64,000 bases of DNA from an uncultured Candidatus Saccharibacteria bacterium (GTDB lineage: Bacteria > Patescibacteriota > WWE3 > 2-01-FULL-39-13): NCBI GenBank assembly GCA_965230915.1, contig OZ246395.1:406284-470283 (forward strand), in the 5' to 3' direction. Below the pieces are notes generated by a model, which saw nothing but the letters and a program-made list of their open reading frames with translations, had not been told where the DNA came from and did no database searches. Shown here piece by piece: positions 57,256 to 64,000 of the stretch (position 1 is the first letter of the stretch; every line of letters starts with the position of its first letter). The position numbers and the translations under genes were made by a program.

Positions 57256-58521
57256 TTATTTCACCACCACACTCACAGCCGAAGGCATCTTAGACTCGCC
57301 TAACTCGCTGTCCTCATCATTTTGATACACAGCAGATACTTTATAAGAATATGATCCTGCAGGTTTTTGAACTGTTGCGTCAGTATTTGTTGAGATCAAA
57401 ACATATTTATAATCTGATGACGATGTCTTTTCATAAATTTTATAGCCAATTATTTCGGCGTCGTCTTCGCCGGGAGCTGCTTTCCACGAAAGTTTTATTC
57501 CACCTGCAACGGCTGACCATTTAAGATTTGTTGGCTTTTTGTAATCTCCAACTTTTAAACTTGCGAATCTTTCATCAAATGCATCATCTGTAATTACAAT
57601 TTGTTCAGGTTCAGTAACTTCTGATTCTGTAGTGTTTTCAGTTTCAGAAACTTCACCAGATGTACCTGCTCCATTTCCGGTACATGTTCCATTATGACAA
57701 ACTTGTAATCCATAAATTGTTACTTGTGCAAAATCGCATTCACCTGCATCAGGTCCATCGGTAAGTTTTGTGCAATTATCGCCCGATTGGTTGTATGCTC
57801 CAGCTTTAAAATAAGCGCCGCTAAAGGTTTTATTTTTAACATATGGAAGGTCTGCTCCATTGTATACGTAATTGATTTTTCCATTTGATACTTTAAATCC
57901 TATCGAGAATTTGTGCCCTAAAGCATAACTATTTGTTACTAAATATCCATGGGTCGTATCGCCATCGGTGATCCAAATGCTATTTAGATTGCCATCACCT
58001 GTGTTACCTCCATATTTATTTGATTCGATTCTAAAGACAGTTACATCGTCATCCGAATCATGAATTTGCCCGGCAACTACAACCGGTTTATCGCCAATTG
58101 GTAAGATGTCTACAGATTGTTCGATAATCATTGAGTGATTTCCGGAAGTCGAAGACCACGATGCGTTATCTTTTCCATCATTTTTCATTTCTCGAAGTTC
58201 CGACCTCGGATTATTAGAACCTGAGGTCGTTTCGCCATCTGTTCGAACCTTAAAAACTACCCCATTTGCAGCTTCATTTAGATAAAACCACTCGTCTGCA
58301 TAAGTTTTTAGGCTTGGTGATGAGCTTATTTTAATCTCTTTGCCGTCATCGATCGGTAAAGTTAGTTTCCAATTTTTGGATCCGATAAGGTCCATCGGGT
58401 ATGTTATGCTGGCGTCAGATTCCTTCGGCATTTTTGAAAATGCAATGAATGCAATAATCGATAGTATTACAGCTCCAATGACTAAAAAAATGTTCATTAG
58501 CTGACTTGTCGCAATTTTCAT
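57256..58521 (-). CDS. PL7 family polysaccharide (alginate/polyuronate) lyase with an N-terminal membrane anchor and a C-terminal Fn3-like domain
   Basis: All three PL7 signature blocks are present in order: RSELREM, QIH (AGQIHDSDDD) and YFKAGAYNQ. Confidence 0.8.
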   Translation of the reverse strand: MKIATSQLMNIFLVIGAVILSIIAFIAFSKMPKESDASITYPMDLIGSKNWKLTLPIDDGKEIKISSSPSLKTYADEWFYLNEAANGVVFKVRTDGETTSGSNNPRSELREMKNDGKDNASWSSTSGNHSMIIEQSVDILPIGDKPVVVAGQIHDSDDDVTVFRIESNKYGGNTGDGNLNSIWITDGDTTHGYLVTNSYALGHKFSIGFKVSNGKINYVYNGADLPYVKNKTFSGAYFKAGAYNQSGDNCTKLTDGPDAGECDFAQVTIYGLQVCHNGTCTGNGAGTSGEVSETENTTESEVTEPEQIVITDDAFDERFASLKVGDYKKPTNLKWSAVAGGIKLSWKAAPGEDDAEIIGYKIYEKTSSSDYKYVLISTNTDATVQKPAGSYSYKVSAVYQNDEDSELGESKMPSAVSVVVK

Positions 58522-58552
58522 ACCTATATAATAGCAAAATATATGCGCTTAA

Positions 58553-58975
58553 ATGTCAATTTCTGTTAATATAAACCCATCAGTTAATTTTATTGCTATG
58601 AATCCAACAGACCATCTAAAAGCTGCACGCATATTTGCAAAAACGATGGATAACCAGTTCCAGATCATGGGAATCGGAATCGGTATAGACAGCATCATCG
58701 GTCTTTTTCCATGGGTCGGAGATCTTCTTTCTATGGTTCTATCTTTTTACCTTGTATGGATTGGCGTTCAAATGAAGCTTCCTGCGGATAAAATTGGGCA
58801 AATGATAATGAACATAATTGTAGATACAGTTATTGGATATGTCCCAATTCTCGGAGATGTAGCCGATGTATTTTATAAGGCCAATATTAAGAATTTAAAA
58901 ATTCTTGAAGACTTTGCCAAAAGCAGTAATAACGGAATTATTGAAGGTGAAATTTTAGAACAACCTGCTAGTTAA
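58553..58975 (+). CDS. DUF4112-family membrane protein
   Basis: It has the GIDSIIGLFPWVGD motif typical of DUF4112. Confidence 0.6.
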   Translation: MSISVNINPSVNFIAMNPTDHLKAARIFAKTMDNQFQIMGIGIGIDSIIGLFPWVGDLLSMVLSFYLVWIGVQMKLPADKIGQMIMNIIVDTVIGYVPILGDVADVFYKANIKNLKILEDFAKSSNNGIIEGEILEQPAS

Positions 58976-59174
58976 AATACCTTTCGGAATATTCTAATTT
59001 ATTATCTTCTGATTTTTCTGACCTAATTTTATCTAATATTCCTAGAACTAAAAGACAAATAGCTGTTGTTATAACTAATATTGTAAGTAATTTGTTAATC
59101 GTAAAAGTCATTGCTAGATTATACTATCCAAAGCAAATGTTTACATTCAAAAAATATCTATTTAAGATATAGAT

Positions 59175-59396
59175 ATGCCACAAAAATCTGCCCCAAAATC
59201 TACCCGTGCTAAAAAGTCTTCTAGTTCAAAGTCAATGAAAGTTACTGAACCAAAATCGAACAGGCCATCGGCATTAGTTCCATTTTTAGTTGTATGTATA
59301 ATATTTGCTGCATTTATTGGATATTATATTGCCGATCAAAGAGCTATCATCGAAATTCATGGGATTTTGGCTAAGTGCCAACAAGCTTTAAGATAA
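59175..59396 (+). CDS. small basic membrane protein (73 aa)
   Basis: It has a K/S-rich N-terminus and a single TM helix. Confidence 0.25.
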   Translation: MPQKSAPKSTRAKKSSSSKSMKVTEPKSNRPSALVPFLVVCIIFAAFIGYYIADQRAIIEIHGILAKCQQALR

Positions 59397-59843
59397 AAGA
59401 TTTGCAATTTCTTCCGCCGCCTTATTTAAGTTATAGTTTGAGGGGATATGAATGAATGCGTAATTATTTGAGCTCATATTCGAAGAAATAAGGTATGAAA
59501 TTAAGTTGCAATAAGAAGACCCCATAGATTTATGTTTTTTTGCATTAGTAATAAAGTCTGCGATTTTTATTTTCTCCAAAGATCTTCGGGTGCTGTTTCT
59601 AAATATATTGGTACATTCGGACTCAATATGCAATTCTTTTGTTCCATTTGTCTTTCCCAATCCTAAAACTAAGTCGGTGGCTGATATACTACTTGTTATA
59701 TATTTTGCAAATTTTCGTATAGTTTCGGCATTTGAATCAATAAAATATTTATTTTTTACTGAAAGTAACTTCAAAACATCTTCGGAAATATTACCTTTGA
59801 ATGCAAAAATGTGGATATTCGATGGGTTTATATTATTGGGCAC
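59388..59843 (-). CDS. short pyroglutamyl-peptidase I (C15)-like protein
   Basis: SSYCNLISYLI is similar to the GTFVCNHVMY Cys motif, and AFIHIP is similar to GFIHVP. At 151 aa it is shorter than canonical Pcp. Confidence 0.4.
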   Translation of the reverse strand: MPNNINPSNIHIFAFKGNISEDVLKLLSVKNKYFIDSNAETIRKFAKYITSSISATDLVLGLGKTNGTKELHIESECTNIFRNSTRRSLEKIKIADFITNAKKHKSMGSSYCNLISYLISSNMSSNNYAFIHIPSNYNLNKAAEEIANLLS

Positions 59844-60507
59844 AATTGAATTGTTTTAAGCAAGCAGTTTTATCTCCAGGTAAGCTATTGCATACCGCAC
59901 ATGGGTCTTGCATTTTAGGTATATCATTCATCATTGCTGACATATCTATAAATTCTATATCGCTAGGTGGAGTAAACATATTATCATCTACATTCCAGCT
60001 ATCGCATTTGTATTCCATTTCTTTATTTATATCAAACGGAGCAGGGTTCGATGGTTGACCTGGCTGGCTTTCACTTTTCTCATATTGTGCCTGAAGTTCT
60101 TCTAAATCATATTGCATCATTACACCCTGTTGCATTTGGGAACTCCAGATATACATTTTATCTCCCATTTTGATCATGCTACCGGTCATATTTTGAGTTG
60201 GCTCATCACTTGTGATCTCATAATTGGTTCGCATATTATCTCCGGAGATGAAAACTGCACCAGAGATTGTTTTATTGTCTTGCATAAGTTCGTATGTACA
60301 GGTTTTGTTTTCGCCTGATTGTAGTAATGAGGCTAAATTTTTAGGTGTTAATTTTTCTGTGGTTTCACTGTTTGTGGTTTCTGTAGCTTGGTATGTAGTT
60401 TCTGTTTCTGGTGTGGGCTCTTCTGTGCTTTTGAACCATTTATAACCTGCAATTCCAAATAGTAAAACAGCAATAATTATAAAAATTGTAATAACTGCAC
60501 TTTTCAT
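59833..60507 (-). CDS. membrane-anchored/secreted hypothetical protein with a Cys-rich C-terminus
   Basis: It has an N-terminal TM helix and a T/E-rich linker. Confidence 0.35.
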   Translation of the reverse strand: MKSAVITIFIIIAVLLFGIAGYKWFKSTEEPTPETETTYQATETTNSETTEKLTPKNLASLLQSGENKTCTYELMQDNKTISGAVFISGDNMRTNYEITSDEPTQNMTGSMIKMGDKMYIWSSQMQQGVMMQYDLEELQAQYEKSESQPGQPSNPAPFDINKEMEYKCDSWNVDDNMFTPPSDIEFIDMSAMMNDIPKMQDPCAVCNSLPGDKTACLKQFNCAQ

Positions 60508-60557
60508 AATTCCGTTTTATCAGTTATCAGAAAGTATGTCAATTTTATGGAGGGATT

Positions 60558-61178
60558 TTAAATTTGTCCTAGAATTTTATATGCAATTAGTGCTATTGGT
60601 TCACGGAAAAAATAAGTTGAGAAATAAGTCCATTTATTCCAACATGGGCTTGTTAAAGTTGGAGATATGTAAAAGTTCAGGCCCATTCTCTCTGCTATAA
60701 GTTTTGCACGTGGAGAATGAAATGGCTCTGTCACTATTATTGCCGAATGCAGGTCATTTTCATTCATGATTTTTTGTGAGAAAGCCAAATTTTCATATGT
60801 TGATGTGGAGTCATCTTCTATTAAGATATTTTCTTCTCTTAAATTTTCATCATAGCTAAGGGCTATCTTTTTCATTTCTAAAGCTTCGTTCGTATCTTTA
60901 AAGGTAGGTCTTTTATCAGTTCCGCCAGATAGAATAATCTTTTTTGCATATCCGTCGTTATATAAATCAACGGCATGTGTAACTCTTGCGACGACGCACT
61001 GGTTTACTTCATTGTTAACGAAACTTCTAGCGCCAAGCACAATTACTGCATCTGACTGGGTTTTATTATCAAAGTAAACATTTTTAGCTATATAGATGGC
61101 TATAAATATATATATAGTAAGCCCCAGTAAAATAGCTGAAATAGCGGCATATTTTATGATTTTCGCTTGTTTTCGCAT
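60558..61178 (-). CDS. DUF218 (YdcF/SanA-like) membrane-anchored protein
   Basis: It has an N-terminal TM helix and DAVIVLGA...ILSGG. Confidence 0.75.
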   Translation of the reverse strand: MRKQAKIIKYAAISAILLGLTIYIFIAIYIAKNVYFDNKTQSDAVIVLGARSFVNNEVNQCVVARVTHAVDLYNDGYAKKIILSGGTDKRPTFKDTNEALEMKKIALSYDENLREENILIEDDSTSTYENLAFSQKIMNENDLHSAIIVTEPFHSPRAKLIAERMGLNFYISPTLTSPCWNKWTYFSTYFFREPIALIAYKILGQI

Positions 61179-61580
61179 TAATTAATTCTAGTTCTAACGG
61201 ACTAAATTGACAAATAAAATTGCCGGTGCTAGGATCTTTCTCGCTAAACCTGCGTTTTAAATTCCTCCCAAAAATAAAGCATATGGTTCTTGAAAACTTA
61301 ATAAATCTGTCTGCCAATATGTGTGAATACACGTTTGCCTTACAGGCTTTGCTGTTGGCACAATTTTTGGCCCACTCAATGCTTTTTTCGATGAAATCTA
61401 CTAATTCGGGTAAATTTCACGGAACTATGATGGTTGCCTCCCCCGTAGCTTTATTTTTCTTCGGTTCATGCTTAAATATGGTAGTTGTTTCGTCATTTTT
61501 TTTGGGATTATCCTTTATGATTTTGGGAAGAATCGTGAGATATGGATATTTGCGCCGAAATCGCTAATATATAGTCATAT

Positions 61581-62249
61581 ATGAAAAAATTAGCTGCCCT
61601 TTTTCCACTAGTAATAGCCATCGGATTGGCGTTTTTCGCCTATTTTCAGTTTTTAAAACCACAACCTAAACCTGAACCTGAAGCCACAGCATCTCCTGTA
61701 AAATCTGAGCCTATGCCTATAGAAGAGGTGCTTGGAGAATATTCGGAATCAGCACGTAAATTTAAAATTGCAGAAGGCTCAACTGTAAGTTACAAAGCTT
61801 TAAAAAATTTCTTTAATAAGCCTGAGGAGCAGGTAACGGGAACCTCAGACCAGATTTCAGGAGAAGGCTGGTATTATGAACCAGCTAAAAGTGCTTATGT
61901 AATGGTTAAATTAAACATAGATAGTGTGAAAACTGATAATTCTAAGCGAGACAATGATGTACAGAAGCTTTTTACCGATCATAATGTTGTTTTTGAGTCA
62001 TATTTGCCTTTTACAACCATAACTCCTGGTCAAGATTTCGAAACCGATGCCCTAGGCAATCTTACTTTAAATGGTGTCACTAAAGTCGTGACCTTTAAAG
62101 TAAAAGGACTAATTAACAGCTCAGGATTAACCGCAAAAGGTACTACTACAATAAAAATGAGCGATTTTGGGATAAGCCCACCATCGCTGGTAAATGTTTC
62201 GACTGTTGATGATAATTTAGACTTAAATTTTGATATTAAAGCCAGATAA
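61581..62249 (+). CDS. YceI-like domain protein with a signal/anchor N-terminus
   Basis: The YceI pattern ...SKRDNDV...LTLNGVTKVVTFKV is present. Confidence 0.7.
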   Translation: MKKLAALFPLVIAIGLAFFAYFQFLKPQPKPEPEATASPVKSEPMPIEEVLGEYSESARKFKIAEGSTVSYKALKNFFNKPEEQVTGTSDQISGEGWYYEPAKSAYVMVKLNIDSVKTDNSKRDNDVQKLFTDHNVVFESYLPFTTITPGQDFETDALGNLTLNGVTKVVTFKVKGLINSSGLTAKGTTTIKMSDFGISPPSLVNVSTVDDNLDLNFDIKAR

Positions 62250-62344
62250 AAACGCCAATTTAAGCGCTTTATAATAGGCTTTTCTTTGATATAATTACGC
62301 AGGTAATTAGTGCAGAAAGTATTTTGTGCCTAATCCTCTCATGT

Positions 62345-62421
62345 GGCCCCGTCGTCTAGCGGTTTAGGACATCAGGTTTTCATCCTGAAGATCGCGGGTT
62401 CGAATCCCGCCGGGGTCACCA
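62345..62421 (+). tRNA. tRNA-Glu (anticodon TTC)
   Basis: A cloverleaf was folded by eye. The acceptor is GGCCCCG/CGGGGTC, the anticodon stem is TCAGG/CCTGA with loop TTTTCAT, and the T-arm is GCGGG-TTCGAAT-CCCGC. A CCA end is present. Its layout parallels E. coli tRNA-Glu. Confidence 0.85.
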
Positions 62422-62430
62422 TAAGATAAC

Positions 62431-63246
62431 CTACTCTTTTATCCGTTTTATTATTATCAAAGTTCTATCATCAGAAGATTTGGTTGATGGGTATTTAAGA
62501 TATCGGTCAGGGTCGTTGGCCTGAACTTCCTCAAATGCTTCTTCCCAATTATTAATGCTTGAGCCTTTTGGAATTAGAGGGTATCCGTCTGTGAAAAGTT
62601 CTAAAGTATTTATTTCTGATATAGGTATCGTATATACGCCTATAAATTTTTTTGGAGTTTTTGTGCCGTCTATCACACCATATCCCAATGGGTGGCTAGA
62701 ATTATTTTGGTAATACAACAATTGTCTTTCTAGTAAGGGTAAGATGTAATCTCTGGAGCCTTTAATGTCTTTTGTGGTCTTTATATAATCAGACCTTGCC
62801 GAAGAATGTAATTTATCACATAGTGTTTCGGGTAAATATAAAGTTGATGCGTTTACTCTAAATCCAGTGTTGTTTACCTGTGTGATCACTAGGTTTTCTT
62901 CCACTTTTCTTACACACAAGAGTGAAGCGGCAATTCTATTAAATGCTGTTGATTGATCAATTCCAGTTGAGAAGTAAAATTTCTTAAGTGCTTGATTAGC
63001 GGCATTAACTAGTTTATATCCTATCTGAGTACTTGTTTCGCATGTGTGGATCACTATATCTGCTGCAACTTTCCCGCCCGTTATGCCGTTGAAATTTATT
63101 TTATCCCCTTTACTTGAAGCGCCGTCAGATAGAACAATTGTATTTTGAGAAATACTATAAGCATCTTCATTGTTTTCGGGCAAGTTTAGGTCTTTTGAGG
63201 CGGTAAAAGTTTCAATAATAAATCCAGGTATGTGTTCGCTATTCAT
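62431..63246 (-). CDS. PP2C-family Ser/Thr phosphatase-like protein
   Basis: The motif order is EDAYSI, IVLSDGAS, ELFTDGY and SDDRTLIII, paralleling the PP2C motifs ED, DGHGG, TDG and DNIT. Confidence 0.55.
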   Translation of the reverse strand: MNSEHIPGFIIETFTASKDLNLPENNEDAYSISQNTIVLSDGASSKGDKINFNGITGGKVAADIVIHTCETSTQIGYKLVNAANQALKKFYFSTGIDQSTAFNRIAASLLCVRKVEENLVITQVNNTGFRVNASTLYLPETLCDKLHSSARSDYIKTTKDIKGSRDYILPLLERQLLYYQNNSSHPLGYGVIDGTKTPKKFIGVYTIPISEINTLELFTDGYPLIPKGSSINNWEEAFEEVQANDPDRYLKYPSTKSSDDRTLIIIKRIKE

Positions 63247-63366
63247 ATTTTCAATTATATATGGTGGAACTTAATTCTTTTTTGCAATATTTTTATTAGG
63301 AGAATATTCTGTCTTACTAATGTACATGTAAACCTAAGTCTTGTGTGGATATGCTATAACTTAGTT

Positions 63367-64000
63367 ATGGCCGATAACTCTTACTGGATAGAAACCTTTT
63401 CATCAGATAAAAAGCAAAAATTTCCTTCTCTAGAAAAAAATATTTCAGTCGATGTAGTTGTAGTTGGGGGTGGAATCACCGGCATTACTACTGCTTATCT
63501 ACTTTCAAGGTCGGGCAAAAAGGTTGCCTTGGTCGATAAAGGGTCACTTCATTCGGGTGAAACAGCTTATACAACCGCCTTTTTAACTAGTTTTCCTGAT
63601 GCTAAGCTTTCCTCAATTGAACATAAATGGGATATTGAAAAGGTTAAATGGGTTTTAAGATCAGGCGACGAGTCAATAAATATTATCGAAAAAATTTCAA
63701 AAGATGAAAATATCGATTGTGACTTTAAACGCTGTCCTGTTTTTATTTATGCCATTAACAGTTCGCATGCAGAAGATTTAGAAAGTGAATCAAAGATTGC
63801 AAGACAAGCGGGTTATAAATTCCATTTCAAAAGCGATTCTGCATTGCCCTTCGAAAATTCGGGATATTTAGAACTGCCTAACCAGGCCAAATTTCATCCA
63901 CTTAAATATTTATCAAAATTATCGGATGTATTAGGCAAAAACGGCGTAGAAATTTATGAAAACACTTTGGTTACAAATCTTGATGATAATAATGATGGGG
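63367..64000 (+). CDS. FAD-dependent oxidoreductase, 3' end cut by the window edge
   Basis: The N-terminal Rossmann fold VVVVGGGITGITTAYLLSRSGKKVALVDK matches. The ORF starts at the ATG at 63367 and stays open to the window end. It is not in the ORF track. Confidence 0.7.
   Translation, partial: MADNSYWIETFSSDKKQKFPSLEKNISVDVVVVGGGITGITTAYLLSRSGKKVALVDKGSLHSGETAYTTAFLTSFPDAKLSSIEHKWDIEKVKWVLRSGDESINIIEKISKDENIDCDFKRCPVFIYAINSSHAEDLESESKIARQAGYKFHFKSDSALPFENSGYLELPNQAKFHPLKYLSKLSDVLGKNGVEIYENTLVTNLDDNNDG

Noticed and set aside
61084-61567. ORFs 61084..61332 (-) and 61220..61567 (+) in the 400-bp gap between DUF218 and YceI genes
   Set aside because: They overlap each other. The plus-strand one is hydrophobic and could be a small membrane protein, but I could not support either call.
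1-64000. CRISPR arrays, transposases/integrases, rRNA genes
   Set aside because: No regularly spaced direct repeats, no DDE/tyrosine-recombinase-like ORFs and no rRNA-like G+C-rich blocks were seen.

Overview
This is an AT-rich window (roughly mid-30s % G+C by eye) that is densely coding on both strands. It carries mostly housekeeping genes. Short forms of ProS, UvrC and enolase, a type IV pilus pilMNO module and many small membrane proteins are consistent with a reduced-genome, Patescibacteria-like lineage; this is an inference only.

Three things stand out.

1. DNA-repair genes are unusually concentrated between about 15.7 and 39.8 kb: recG, mutL, dinB, mutS, uvrC, uvrA, uvrB and lexA, with recR and dnaX also upstream. 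Several uncharacterised genes sit among them. These include a candidate HEPN-like protein, a small protein with an RNA polymerase alpha-CTD-like domain, and an orphan LysW-like zinc-ribbon protein ending in EDWGE. The LysW-like gene lies in a visibly G+C-richer segment directly upstream of lexA. A direct-repeat motif TTCGGG-N5-TTCGG occurs both inside the lexA promoter and immediately upstream of dinB, and is a candidate SOS operator.

2. An alginate-like polyuronate locus spans about 46.4 to 58.5 kb. It contains a phosphomannomutase, and a large fusion protein that combines a processive GT2 synthase (QxxRW motif), transmembrane helices, a LysM domain and a right-handed beta-helix carrying the DPHD motif of mannuronan C5-epimerases. 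It also holds a C-terminally truncated sugar-nucleotide 6-dehydrogenase, a BNR-repeat protein, an SBBP beta-propeller protein, and a PL7 polysaccharide lyase with all three PL7 signature motifs.

3. Two tRNAs (Lys-TTT, Glu-TTC) and an unlisted rpmF (L32) gene were found by reading the sequence directly. CysS (5' edge) and an FAD oxidoreductase (3' edge) are cut by the window ends.

No CRISPR array, transposase or integrase was recognised. All functional calls rest on motif recognition by eye, not on database searches.
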